Shown here in pieces: positions 13,855 through 27,741 of a DNA stretch of 64,000 nucleotides (positions are counted from its first letter, which is position 1; each line of letters begins with the position of its first letter). Position numbers and translations under genes: made by a program. The DNA is taken from contig NIVC01001256.1 of the NCBI GenBank assembly GCA_002269645.1, positions 263,932 through 327,931 of the forward strand, in the 5' to 3' direction. Under the pieces are notes generated by a model that was given only the letters and a program-made list of their open reading frames with translations, had not been told where the DNA came from and searched no databases. Source of the stretch: Macrostomum lignano (lineage: Eukaryota).

Positions 13855-15242
13855 CCCATTTCTCTACTTCTCCCACTGTCTCTAAATTACCCTCACCTGC
13901 CATTTCTCTACTTCTCCCACTGTCTCTAAATTACCCTCACCTGCCATTTCTCTACTTCTCCCACTGTCTCTAAATTACCCTCACCTGCCATTTCTCTATT
14001 CCTCACACTGACTCTAAATTACCCTCACCTGCCATTTCTCTACTTCTCACAATGTCTCTGACCTACTCTCTACTGCCATTTCTCTACTTCTCACAATGTC
14101 TCTGACCTACTCTCTACTGCCATTTCTCTACTTCTCACAGTGTCTCTGACCTGCCTTCACCTGCCATTTCTCTACTTCTCACAGTGTCTCTGACCTGCCT
14201 TCACCTGCCATTTCTCTACTTCTCACACTGTCTCTCACCTTCCTTCACCTGCCATTTCTCTACTTCTCACACTGTCTCTCACCTTCCTTCACCTGCCATT
14301 TCTCTACTTCTCACACTGTCTCTCACCTTCCTTCACCTGCCATTTCTCTACTCCTCACACTGTCTCTAAATTTCCCTCACCTGCCATTTCTCTACTTCTC
14401 ACACTGTCTCTAAATTTCCCTCACCTGCTATTTCTCTACTTCTCACACTGTCTCTCACCTGCCTTCACCTGCCATTTCTCTACTTCTCACACTGTCTCTC
14501 ACCTTCCTTCACCTGCCATTTCTCTACTTCTCACACTGTCTCTCACCTTCCTTCACCTGCCATTTCTCTACTTCTCACACTGTCTCTCACCTTCCTTCAC
14601 CTGCCATTTCTCTACTTCTCACACTGTCTCTCACCTTCCTTCACCTGCCATTTCTCTACTTCTCACACTGTCTCTCACCTTCCTTCACCTGCCATTTCTC
14701 TACTTCTCACAGTGTCTCTGACCTGCCTTCACCTGCCATTTCTCTACTTCTCACACTGTCTCTCACCTTCCTTCACCTGCCATTTCTCTACTTCTCACAC
14801 TGTCTCTCACCTTCCTTCACCTGCCATTTCTCTACTTCTCACACTGTCTCTCACCTTCCTTCACCTGCCATTTCTCTACTTCTCACACTGTCTCTAAATT
14901 TCCCTCACCTGCCATTTCTCTACTTCTCACACTGTCTCTAAATTTCCCTCACCTGCCATTTCTCTACTTCTCACACTGTCTCTCACCTGCCTTCACCTGC
15001 CATTTCTCTACTTCTCACACTGTCTCTCACCTTCCTTCACCTGCCATTTCTCTACTTCTCACACTGTCTCTCACCTTCCTTCACCTGCCATTTCTCTACT
15101 TCTCACACTGTCTCTCACCTTCCTTCACCTGCCATTTCTCTACTTCTCACACTGTCTCTCACCTTCCTTCACCTGCCATTTCTCTACTTCTCACAATGTC
15201 TCTGACCTACTCTCTACTGCCATTTCTCTACTTCTCACAGTG
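13855..15242. repeat. 44-bp minisatellite (cacctgccatttctctacttctcacactgtctctcaccttcctt)
   Basis: 44-nt period (e.g. 14521 vs 14565). Confidence 0.95.
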
Positions 15243-15802
15243 TCAGCAACTAAAATTATATATTTTTCCCTCTTTAAAACCTAAAACCCGACCAATGCTT
15301 AAAATTGGCCAATGACTTTACTCACTGTGTCCATCTTGGCACTGGGAGATGAACCTTCAGTTGAAATTTTGTTCCTTAAAATTTTCAGGTCTCAGCCTGA
15401 TCTTAGCCGTGCAAATCTGCACTGCATCCTTGAAATTAGAACCCAGGGGCGCTGCCAGTCCCGCCGCCAATGGCTCCGAGCCGTCGGGTTCACGCTGGGG
15501 CAACAGCTGAGCCGGACAATTGATGGGGAAGCGGAGAGGCTGGGCCGGTGAATTTTCCCGCCTAAATCCCCCTCCCCCATTTCAATAAGGTTTCTCTCTG
15601 CTTCTCTCGCCTATCGAGGTGTCAAGCAGTTGAGTGATACTCAAATGACCCGGGGCTGAGTGGATTCATGAGCAGCCTCTGAGGAAGCTGGACTGCCTGT
15701 TGCGTCACTCGCTACAATGGGGCTTTGACCCCCCACCAGTAATTGTTGCTGGGCTTGAACTCCAGCAAATTTAGCACTGAGCTGCTCTTAGCTGATGGAC
15801 AC

Positions 15803-16760
<958 letters not shown>

Positions 16761-17244
16761 GAGAATAATACAAAGCACAAACGCATTAATAGCAATACAA
16801 GAACTATACTCAACCGGTGCGATGGGAAATAATTTTATTGAATCGCTCATTCAAAACTCCGGGCGCGTGAGGCTCTCAGTCCGATCTTCACAATCGCGCA
16901 TTTTCTGACCCGTTTGAATTTCCGCCTGTGGGTCTGCGGAAGATGCCCCAACCCCAGTTCTTCAAGCCTAACCAACAACCTGATGTAGGCGCTTTGACGC
17001 CGAAATGGGTTCTTTTTATTAACGAAAACTCTGCTCCACTTTGTAAAGCTACAGATTCTAGACGAATAGTTTATTGCCGTTGGATATTCCGAATTATATC
17101 ACGATCTTGAGATGCCAAAACTCTGAAGCAATCGAGAAAGAAGTCATGAGCCAATCTAGAGGGACGAGGTGACAGAAGGAAATGCAATAGAAGAAAGCAA
17201 TAAACACGAGCGGAGAAAGAGAGTAGAAAAGAAAAGGATGTGAA

Positions 17245-17890
17245 AGAGAGGGTGTGAATGAATAGGGTGTGAATGAACAGAGTGTGAATGAATAGGGTGT
17301 GAATGAATAGGGTGTGAATGAATAGGGTGTGAATGAAAAGGGTGTGAATGAAAAGGGTGTGAATGAAAAGGGTGTGAATGAATAGGGTGTGAATGAATAG
17401 GGTGTGAATGAATAGGGTGTGAATGAATAGGGTGTGAATGAATAGGGTGTGAATGAATAGGGTGTGAATGAATAGGGTGTGAATGAATAGGGTGTGAATG
17501 AATAGGGTGTGAAATAATCGGGTGTGAATGAGTAGGGTGTGAAATAATCGGGTGTGAATGAGTAGGGTGTGAATGAATAGAGTGTGAATGAGTAGGGTGT
17601 GAAAGAAGAGGGTGTGAAAGAATAGGGTGTGAGTGAATAGGGTGTGAATGAATAGGGTGTGAATGAATAGGGTGTGAATGAATAGGGTGTGAATGAATAG
17701 GGTGTGAAATAATCGGGTGTGAATGAGTAGGGTGTGAATGAATAGAGTGTGAATGAGTAGGGTGTGAAAGAAGAGGGTGTGAAAGAATAGGGTGTGAATG
17801 AATAGGGTGTGAATGAATAGAGTGTGAATGAGTAGGGTGTGAATGAATAGGGTGTGAAAGAATCGGGTGTGAATGAAGAGGATGTGAAAG
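17245..17890. repeat. 15-bp minisatellite (gggtgtgaatgaata)
   Basis: 15-nt period; gives SFTPY/SHPIH ORFs. Confidence 0.95.
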
Positions 17891-17983
17891 AAGACCGGTG
17901 GGAAAGAAGGGGCGCTCCAAAAAGTTTTGCAGCCAAAAATCTATATCAAGCAACAGAGCCCATTGCCACGGACAGGCCCCTAC

Positions 17984-18228
17984 CTGGAGGTCTCAGAAGT
18001 GGCGAACACACTCGTGCCGGAAGCTCGCTTAGCCAACATGGGGTTTGGCTTGTAGCACATTCGCTGCTGCTGCTGCTGCTGCTGTGTCCTTCTGGCCAGC
18101 AGATGTCGATACTTCCCATAGAGCAGCGGTGGCGCAGGCGGCGGCGGGCACGGCGCGGACAGGCAGCGGCAGTCGCCTCCTCCGCCGCCTCCGCAGACGC
18201 GACAGCTAGACGCTGGCAGCGGCTGCTC
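17984..18228 (-). CDS. Candidate exon of an unidentified gene (EQPLPASSCRVCGGGGGGDCRCLSAP...QQQQQQQRMCYKPNPMLAKRASG)
   Basis: GC-rich and open on the minus strand; bounded by cgccacgcag| acceptor and CCAG|gtaggg donor; no recognisable domain. Confidence 0.3.
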
Positions 18229-18774
18229 CTGCGTGGCGAAGCGGGAGCGAACAGGAAAAAAGCAATTTATTTGCCATATGCTAATTTTGCTACTTCTAGT
18301 AGGGCAGCCTGTTAAAATTTTAAATCTTTCATGCTAGTTCATGCGAAAGTTCCTGAATTTTATCGCTTTTCCTCCTCAATATACCGGATGAATTTGTTGT
18401 TAAATTTCAACTAAAATTGCTTTTCTCTACGCTGGTGTACGGAGATGACTAATTGAATAGCAGCTGTCCTGACATTTTCGAGTAATTCGCATTGATCTGC
18501 CAATGGCATCTGCACTGAAAGTAGTCGCCCCTGTGCTTTTCTTAAGTTTTCTATTGCCGCCTATAACGGGATGGCGGGCAGCGGAAGGCAGCGGAAGGCA
18601 CAGCGGACTTTGACGAGTCAGCGACAGACGCTGCGGACTGTGCAGTGAAATCCGGCCACCAGCGGCAGTCAGGGTGCCTGCTTGAAGATGGCCGGGATGG
18701 CTTTGGAAATGAATTCGATTGCAGAAAAGTGCACGAGCCGCATGCTTTGTACCTTGTTTGAATGCAGTGCCGAG

Positions 18775-19050
18775 CGGAGAGTGGAGAGTGGAGATTAGAG
18801 AGTGGAGAGAAAAGAGTGGAGAGTGGAAAGTGGAGAGAATACATGTAGATAGTAGAGTGGAAAGTGGAGAGAGTAGAGGGGAGAGTGGAGGGGAGAGCGG
18901 ACAGGGGAAAGAGTGAGAGGGGAAAGGAGAGAGGGGAGAGGGAAGAGTGGTGTAGAGAGGAGAGGGGAGAGGGAAGAGTGGTGTGTAGAGAGGAGAGGGG
19001 AGAGGGGAGAGGGGAGAGGGGAGAGCGGAGAACAGCGAGTGGGAAGCAGA
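18775..19050. repeat. GA-rich low-complexity tract
   Basis: Purine-only runs (gagagggga, gagtgga). Confidence 0.8.
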
Positions 19051-19703
19051 GAGTTGAGAGGGACATCAAAGAGGGGGGCGGGGTCCTAATTTAAGTAAAG
19101 CTGTTAAGTCCTTATGGTGGCGGGTGAGTTAAGCTTAGACTAGCAGCTGTCAGCAGAGAATGGAGAGAAATGAGATGGCGGGTAAGGGAGACAAACACAG
19201 GCGACGTAAAGGAATTTACAGAATATAGCGATATTCTGACCTGCATGCAGAAGGATGTAGCCTCTATGCATGTAAAGACAGTATTGGTGAGGTGAGGCTG
19301 GAAAAGATATGGAGAGTCAGAGCTTCATGGCAGCGTTGCAGTTGCGGGCTTCACCCAAGCGGAAATGTCCTGTCCTCGCTGATGAACTCCAACAGACCCC
19401 CCGAAAAAAACTTCGGGAGCAGTGAGGCGCAGAGTGATCAGTGTCTGGCTCTGTTTGGTTTTCACCTGGTGCTGGACAAGCACTATTCACAAGGCCCTGC
19501 CATCATTCTGGAGAGAGTTGGCGAACTTCTGGTGGTGGGTGGGTGGCCGCATGACCAATTTCATAATCCAGCCAGTGCAAAGGTGAGTGAAATTGGTGCA
19601 CGTTCTAATCAATAAAATAATTAGCCAATATCAGGAGTGAAAAAGTGCAAAGTATTATCGGATAGTATCAAGGGTGCTAATAGTTCTTATCAGTAAATAC
19701 GCT

Positions 19704-20003
19704 TTATCAGCAAACGTAGGATATTGATATCAAAGGTGCGAAATCTTATCGGCAAACGTAGGATGATAATATTTGATATCAAAGGTGCGAAATCTTATCG
19801 GCAAACGTAGGATGATAATATTTGATATCAAAGGTGCGAAATCTTATCGGCAAACGTAGGATGATAATATTTGATATCAAAGGTGCGAAATCTTATCAGC
19901 AAACGTAGGATGATAATATTTGATATCAAAGGTGCGAAATCTTATCGGCAAACATAGGATGATAATATTTGATATCAAAGGTGCGAAATCTTATCAGCAA
20001 ACG
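19704..20003. repeat. 49-bp tandem repeat, about 6 copies
   Basis: gatatcaaaggtgcg recurs at 19726, 19775, 19824, 19873, 19922, 19971. Confidence 0.95.
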
Positions 20004-20639
20004 CACTCAATAATAAAATGATTGCTCTGAATTCCAATGGTCATCAGAGTCGGTGCCCACAGATGGCAGCGGCAAACCAGAAAAACTTACTCTGGTAGCC
20101 ATTCGGTGTCTCTTGCCAGTTGAGTTGCATGAGGCAGTGCGTCTCAGCAGCCGTAGTCCTTAACAGGCCACTCTTTGCTTAAATACTCTCCAAGCAGGAA
20201 AGTGGTCCTGCAGCCCTGGTAGAAAAATCCCTACCGCTCGGGAATTCCTGCCTCTCGCCGGCGGTTATTGGCGACGGGATCGCTGCGAAATTCCCATTCC
20301 CATTTGCTACGGACACTGGCTGCATGGACCGGCCCGACCCGACCGCGCCTCGGAACTTCAAGCCCTCAATTAGCACTTTGATTCGCTATGGGGACTTTGC
20401 TGGCCACTCAAAACAGGGTGGGTGATATGAGAGGGAAAGTGAAGATAAATGGGAGGCATAAAAGAGAAGGGAGAGCAGCTCAGCGTGAGGAGAAAGACAC
20501 CAGATGGGGGATAGAAAGTCTCATAGATGGGGGTAGAGTAGGGGAAGTATAGTGGTAGGGCGGTGGATGGGCATTAAGAGACCTAAGGAGAGGGTTAGAG
20601 AGACATCAGGGAACGCGAGTAGAGATGCACCAGAGAGAG

Positions 20640-21530
20640 GGGTAAAGATACATTAGAGAGGGTAAAAATAAACCAGAAAGGGGTAGAAGTACACCAAAGA
20701 GGGGGTAGAGATACACCAGAGAGGGGATAGAGATACACCAGAGAGGGGGTAGAGATACACTGCAGAGAGGGGGTAGAGATACACTGCAGAGAGGGGTAGA
20801 GATACACCAGAGAGGGGTAGAGATACACCAGAGAGGGGGTAGAGATACACCAGAGAGGGGGTAGAGATACACCAGAGAGGGGGTAGAGATACACTGCAGA
20901 GAGGGGGTAGAGATACACCAGAGAGGGGTAGAGATACACCAGAGAGGGGGTAGAGATACACCAGAGAGGGGGTAGAGATACACTGCAGAGAGGGGATAGA
21001 AGTACACCAGAGAGGGGGTAGAGATACACTGCAGAGAGGGGATAGAAGTACACCAGAGAGGGGGTAGAGATACACTGCAGAGAGGGGGTAGAGATACACT
21101 GCAGAGAGGGGTAGAGATACACTGCAGAGAGGGGGTAGAGATACACTGCAGAGAGGGGGTAGAGATACACCAGAGAGGGGGTAGAGATACACTGCAGAGA
21201 GAGGGTAGAGATACACTGCAGAGAGGGGATAGAAGTACACCAGAGAGGGGTAGAGATACACTGCAGAGAGAGGGTAGAGATACACTCCAGAGAGGGGATA
21301 GAAGTACACCAGAGAGGGGTAGAGATACACCAGAGAGGGGGTAGAGATACACTGCAGAGAGGGGGTAGAAGTACACCAGAGAGGGGTAGAGATACACCAG
21401 AGAGGGGGTAGAGATACACTGCAGAGAGGGGGTAGAAGCACACCAGAGAGGGGGTAGAGATACACCAGAGAGGGGGTAGAGATACACCAGAGAGGGGGTA
21501 GAGATACACCAGAGAGGGGGTAGAGATACA
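20640..21530. repeat. ~21-23-bp purine-rich minisatellite (gagagggggtagagatacacca/ctgca)
   Basis: Direct reading. Confidence 0.93.
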
Positions 21531-22569
21531 TCAGGGAGTGGACGGAGATGCATTGAAGATGGAGGTAGAAATCGACATCTCTTAAAGATAGAGGTGGAAT
21601 AAAAGTTGTGGAGCAAGAAATCAATCGGAAAAGAAGGAGATGAAGAAGGGGATCTGTGTCAATTATTGCATTTAATTAACCAAAAAATAGTTTATGACTA
21701 CTAAATAATTTCAGCTTTAGTGCAACAATGTTCCATGAGACTGCCAATCTTTTCATCACCTAGGAATTGAATTTCATTTCCCTCTCCACCCATACCTCCG
21801 CCCTGGAGTGTGCAGCTATATTCCATGTTGCACTTTTCAGTGTTTTTTTTCTCCCAACGCCCCGGGTTTCGGGGGCCGGGGCGATAAGGACTCAACAAGA
21901 GCCACGCCACTCACTGGAGTCCCCCCTTCTGGCTACTCCACAGCCCCTGTCGCTCCTCAATTCACAGACTTCGGTCACTCGCCACAGTTTCATGGCTGAA
22001 TAATTGTGGCTGAGAGGACCGGCTTCGGCGAGTGTGAATGGGGAGAGGGGGGAGAGAGTGGAGATCTGACAGGCGGACAGCAACAGTCTCGAAGAGGAAC
22101 AGCGGCAGCCCCGCGGTGAGTCATCGGCAACTCCAGTCGGCAGAGACAACTGAGCAAACTCTGCAAAAGGTCCGACAGGCCAAGCAGCTGCGGCCCGAGC
22201 CTCTCAGAGCCACTTTTGTCAGGGTGCTGAGTAGTGCTGCCGGGGCAGAGGGGAGCGAGAGACAGTGCGGCCGTCAAATCTGTCTGGGCACCTTTAGACT
22301 TTCTTTGGAGGGCCGCGGGGAGGTGTCGGAGGGTTCAAGCAGCAGCGTGTCCTGAGCCGGAGAGGTCAATTGTGCAGGGTCCGGGTTAGACTTCGTTTTT
22401 CTTGGGTTTTTTGAAATTTAAACTATTTTTAAATTTTATGCCAGGTAGTTTCAGTTGGGATAAGGCTAAATAATCACCAGCGACTCAAACAGTTTGCGAG
22501 TTCTGACGGCGAGAGTCGTGATGAAACTTTGGACTCCGTTTGAGGAGCAGTTTTCATGGTGGGCTGCTT

Positions 22570-23055
22570 GTGGTGGTTGTACGTGGGGGTTGTTCGTGGA
22601 GGTTGTTCGTGGGGGCTGTTTGTAGGGGCTGTTGGAGGGGGTTGTTAGTGTGGGGCTGTTGTTAGGGGTTGTTAGTGGGGGATGTTGGTGGAGGCTGTTT
22701 GTGTGGCGCTGTTGGTAGGGGCTGTTGGAGGGGTTGTTAGTGGGGGCCTGTTGGTAGGGGGCTGTTGGAGGGGGTTGTTAGTGGGGCTGTTGGAGGGGGG
22801 CTATTGGAGGTGGTTGTTAGTGGGTGTTAGTGGGGGGCTGTTGGAGGGGGTTGTTAGTGGGGCCTGTTGGTAGGGGGCTGTTGGAGGGGGTTGTAAGTGG
22901 GGGCTGTTGGAGAACTTGGAAGGGGTTGTTAGTGGGGGCCTGTTGTTGGGGGCTGTTGGTAGGGGGCTGTTGGAGGGGGTTGCTAGTGGGGGGCTGTTGG
23001 TAGGGGTTGTTGGAGGGGGTTGTTAGTGGGCGGCTGTTGGGGGGGGGGGGGCTGT
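22570..23055. repeat. Degenerate G-rich repeat (gggggctgttggagggggttgttagt)
   Basis: Many G4-G6 runs; G-quadruplex-compatible. Confidence 0.85.
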
Positions 23056-23478
23056 TGGCGAAGCTTTACTCTTTATCACCAATAATTCGACATATGTACG
23101 ACTCGTAATTAAAAAACTCGAGAACACGAGCAAATCGCTTAATTGTAGCAGCGAAATAATTTTATGCACTGAGCAAATTCATCAGCATTAGAAGCTGCTC
23201 AATCAGGCCCCTGAACTTTTGTTGAACCCCTGAAGTCGAGTGGCATTTACTACTTATTTTAGTAGTATCTGTAGCTTTAGAATGTTTATTAAATAGCGCA
23301 GTAGATGGAACGAATATTTTTCAGAGCAACAACACATTGAGTCACGTGACTTTTTAACTGTCGATTCGCAATAGTAGTTAAAGAGGACAATAAAAATATC
23401 GAATCGATACAACATAGAGGTGAGTTTGCATGTCCACTCATTGTACAATTTCCGCGCGAGTGCAAAGAATCGTGCAAG

Positions 23479-24620
23479 TCAAACGTCCGTAGAGTTGACG
23501 GCCCGTTCCGGCTCGGACTTGATGGAGCTGCCCAGACTCGCCAGTCGGGTCGGCCGATCGGCCGCCAAGTCGCTCCCGGCACCGTTGCTCACAGCCGACT
23601 CGCTGAACTGCCGGATTAGCGGCGCTTTTGATCTGTGCTCTTCCTGCCGCTCCGCCTGCTGCTCCTCCTGCCGCTCCGCCTGCCGCTCCGCCTGCTGCTC
23701 CGCCTGCTGCTCCGCCTGCTGCTCCGCCTGCTGCTCCTCCTGCCGCTCCGCCTGCTGCTCCGCCTGCTGCTCCTCCTGCCGCTCCGCCTGCTGCTCCGCC
23801 TGCTGCTCCGCCTGCTGCTCCGCCTGCTGCTCCGCCTGCTGCTCCGCCTGCTGCTCTGCCTGCTGCTCCGCCCGCTGCCTCTTAGCATATTTATTTGGCT
23901 CCTTTGTCGAGGACGCCAGCCGACCAGACGAGATGACGCTGACGGTGGCAGCTGTGGCGGCAGTGACGGCAGTAGCGGCGGCGGCATCCTTCCCGTTGAC
24001 GCCGACAGTTGTTGGGTTGAACGCGGTGGCGGCAGCGGAGGCCGGATGCAGCAGGTGCTGGCTGGCTGCGGCAGACGGCAGCACCTGCAGGTTGACTCCA
24101 CCAGCAGAAGTCACTGCGTAGGTTGGCAGACGGCGCAGGCTGATGGCGTCCAGAGTCTGCTGCTGCTGCTGCGGGTGCCAGCGGAGCCAGTGCAGCGGCC
24201 GCAGCCCGCACCGGTCGCCATTGGGCGGCTCTTCGGATTCTTCAACTGCCGTCGTCGTTGCCACCGCGCTCGCCTGCTCGTCGATGGCCTCGAGGGCGCG
24301 CTCCTCGGCGAAGCGGCGCTGCAGGCAGGCGAGTCGTGCTTGGCGCTCCTCCAGGCAGATGGACATCCGAGAGCCTCGCGCGTACTCCCTGTAGATCACA
24401 GTGCCGCTGGACTCAGCGCACACCTGCACTTTGTCCAGATTCTTCGGACGCAGGTGCCGGGCTCTGTCGGATCGGCTGCCGCGCGACAGGCGCAGGCTGC
24501 CCAGCTTGTGCAGGAAGACGGCCACCGCGGCGGCCCAGGCGCCCAGCACCAGCAGGAAGATGAGCGCGTCGGACACCGTCCAGCGGGGCGGGGAGTACTT
24601 GGCCGGAGCGGCGGTCGGGG
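23479..24620 (-). CDS. Last exon of FNDC4/FNDC5-like protein: juxtamembrane, TM helix and long low-complexity cytoplasmic tail
   Basis: Acceptor aaccacag|CC, phase 1; TM ALIFLLVLGAWAAAVAVFLHKLG resembles the FNDC5 TM pattern (VLIIVVVLFMWAGVIALF); ORF open to stop at 23479; tail includes an (EQQA)n repeat. Confidence 0.75.
23640..23880 (-). repeat. Coding 12-bp tandem repeat encoding (EQQA/ERQA/EEQQ)n
   Basis: cgcctgctgctc units inside the open exon. Confidence 0.9.
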
Positions 24621-25760
24621 CTGTGGTTGTAAATATGATTTTTTATGCATGTTTAAATATGTTGAAACTTCAGTTTTTATCATTTAGCGAAAATTCTATC
24701 AAAAACACTTTAAAGCTACTATCAGTAGTCTGCTTTGAATGAGTGGGTGAGCGGGTAAAACGGGGATCAGTTATTGAGCAACGCAGGCACACGAAATTCC
24801 CGAACACAGGCTAAATTTCTGTTGCGCACCTTCCCAAGCAAGAATCAAGCCGCCAGCCCTCCGGACCGTCGAGATATTCAACGATTCTGCCATAAGCGCT
24901 AGCGTATTCAATGCACCCTGTATTCTAAATTTCATCAGCACGTTGACCACGTGTCGGCATCAGATCTGACTTCGTTGGTCACCGGCCTTCACCCAGGCGG
25001 AGCTTCTGGACCTTCAACAGATGGCACCAGGTGACTATGGACACCCTATTGCATTCCGCCACCCCCTTGGTGTACTGCTAATGATTGCGCAATCCAGCTG
25101 CTGCAGCCTCTGAGCACGGATTTAGCTTCCCTCGCTTACCGAACCACCTGATCTCAGCTCGTAATGGACAATCTCTAATGGACTCATAAAGCTACTCTCC
25201 TTTCTTCCTGGGATTAATTTTTTTCCAGGCTGGCAGTCACAATCCGGCCACGCCCAAAAGCTTCAGCCACGCCCATTGGGCCGGCCATTTATAGGCCTGT
25301 CCGAGCCTGTCCGGTGTCTGGCCGGTTTCCCATCTCATTATTTTTCTCTCTATGCCTCCAGGCAGCCCGGGCCGGCTGGGAGGTTGGGGCTGAACGCCAT
25401 GCGAACCGGATTTACACGCGCGGGCTCTTGCCGGCAGAGGAAATTAACTGATGTTTTCTACTTTAATCCAGTCAAAAAGCTGAGTAGCAATATGAGCTGA
25501 TTGACTATTCATGCGAGCCCAGATCCCAGTCTCCCCGGCCTAACTGCCATCGAGCAGCTCGGATGAGGCCTGTCGCCTCCCCCCCCCAGCCTCCGCAGTG
25601 GGAAGCCGATGAAGCCCAACAGATGTCGGTCGACAGTCGGCATGCAACTCAAAGGATCGATTTCCGCCTTCTTCTCTGCATTTTTTACACCTCCATTGCT
25701 TCTTGGGCCAAAATTGTTGCTTTTTGCCTCGCTATTGCCGGTGCCTCTGATGACTGTGCT

Positions 25761-27215
25761 CACTGCCATCTGTCTCCACTGCCATCTGTCTCCACTGCCA
25801 TCTGTCTCCACTGCCATCTGTCTCCACTGCCATCTGTCTCCACTGCCATCTGTCTCCACTGCCATCTGTCTCCACTGCCATCTGTCTCCACTGCCATCTG
25901 TCTCCACTGCCATCTGTCTCCACTGCCATCTGTCTCCACTGCCATCTGTCTCCACTGCCATCTGTCTCCACTGCCATCTGTCTCCACTGCCATCTGTCTC
26001 CACTGCCATCTGTCTCCACTGCCATCTGTCTCCACTGCCATCTGTCTCCACTGCCATCTGTCTCCACTGCCATCTGTCTCCACTGCCATCTGTCTCCACT
26101 GCCATCTGTCTCCACTGCCATCTGTCTCCACTGCCATCTGTCTCCACTGCCATCTGTCTCCACTGCCATCTGTCTCCACTGCCATCTGTCTCCACTGCCA
26201 TCTGTCTCCACTGCCATCTGTCTCCACTGCCATCTGTCTCCACTGCCATCTGTCTCCACTGCCATCTGTCTCCACTGCCATCTGTCTCCACTGCCATCTG
26301 TCTCCACTGCCATCTGTCTCCACTGCCATCTGTCTCCACTGCCATCTGTCTCCACTGCCATCTGTCTCCACTGCCATCTGTCTCCACTGCCATCTGTCTC
26401 CACTGCCATCTGTCTCCACTGCCATCTGTCTCCACTGCCATCTGTCTCCACTGCCATCTGTCTCCACTGCCATCTGTCTCCACTGCCATCTGTCTCCACT
26501 GCCATCTGTCTCCACTGCCATCTGTCTCCACTGCCATCTGTCTCCACTGCCATCTGTCTCCACTGCCATCTGTCTCCACTGCCATCTGTCTCCACTGCCA
26601 TCTGTCTCCACTGCCATCTGTCTCCACTGCCATCTGTCTCCACTGCCATCTGTCTCCACTGCCATCTGTCTCCACTGCCATCTGTCTCCACTGCCATCTG
26701 TCTCCACTGCCATCTGTCTCCACTGCCATCTGTCTCCACTGCCATCTGTCTCCACTGCCATCTGTCTCCACTGCCATCTGTCTCCACTGCCATCTGTCTC
26801 CACTGCCATCTGTCTCCACTGCCATCTGTCTCCACTGCCATCTGTCTCCACTGCCATCTGTCTCCACTGCCATCTGTCTCCACTGCCATCTGTCTCCACT
26901 GCCATCTGTCTCCACTGCCATCTGTCTCCACTGCCATCTGTCTCCACTGCCATCTGTCTCCACTGCCATCTGTCTCCACTGCCATCTGTCTCCACTGCCA
27001 TCTGTCTCCACTGCCATCTGTCTCCACTGCCATCTGTCTCCACTGCCATCTGTCTCCACTGCCATCTGTCTCCACTGCCATCTGTCTCCACTGCCATCTG
27101 TCTCCACTGCCATCTGTCTCCACTGCCATCTGTCTCCACTGCCATCTGTCTCCACTGCCATCTGTCTCCACTGCCATCTGTCTCCACTGCCATCTGTCTC
27201 CACTGCCATCTGTCT
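25761..27215. repeat. Near-perfect 16-bp array (ccactgccatctgtct), about 91 copies, intronic
   Basis: 16-nt period with no visible variants; the unit lacks stops in all frames, producing 480-650 aa spurious ORFs. Confidence 0.98.
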
Positions 27216-27248
27216 ATCGCCAGCCCCCAAAAGTGCATTTGTGCTCAC

Positions 27249-27741
27249 TGGAGTTCGCACCGGTCAGGTTTGCCTTGGCCGCCATGTCCTCAGCAGCGAC
27301 AGCGGCGCTGAGATTCCAGACGCTGAAGACCAGCGACTCCGGCCAGCGGCAGAAGAGGCCCGACGGCTCCTGAAGCACAGAGACGGAGGCCCGGTAGACC
27401 ACTTCCGGTCGGAGGTGGTCCACGCGGTGCCCGCTGGCCGAGCAGCTGAGATGCCAGACGCCGCGGAAGCTGAGGCGGCCAGCCGGCGGCCCAGTCGAAT
27501 CGAACAGTCGCAGCTCGAGCTCGCGGCAGAAGCGCCGCGCTGGCGGAGGCAGCGGCTGCCACTGGAGTAACGCGGCGGATCCCGGGGCTGGCGCGGCCCG
27601 GACTCGAAGCTTCAGCCGGTGCCGGCAAGTCTGGGACGGGACAGCGAACTCAGGCTCAGGCTTGGCCTCCGCTGCCGTGTCTGCAGCTGCTAGCGGCACA
27701 ACTGCCAGGGGTGATGAAGATAACGGAGGGGATGGGGGAAG
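27249..27741 (-). CDS. Fibronectin type III exon of FNDC4/5-like protein
   Basis: SAALLQWQP...VDHLRPEVVYRASVSV...WPESLVFS matches the FN3 signature (early W; L-x-P-x-x-x-Y-x-x-x-V); donor TCC A|gtgagc is phase 1 and joins 24620 in frame (ANLTGANS-T-PTAAPAKYSPPRWTVSD). The 5' boundary is uncertain (acceptors near 27742 or 27703). Confidence 0.7.

Noticed and set aside
24840-25260. Moderately GC-rich intronic segment possibly from a transposon (minus frame YTKGVAECNRVSIVTWCHLLK)
   Set aside because: Short, interrupted, with no recognisable motif, TIR or tail; cannot be supported without a search.
25509-27570. Five ORFs of 481-653 aa (MAVETDGSGDRWQWRQ / TAICLHCHLSPLPSVS repeats)
   Set aside because: They are translations of a stop-free 16-bp array; the unit is not a multiple of 3, and the array lies in the intron of a phase-consistent minus-strand gene.
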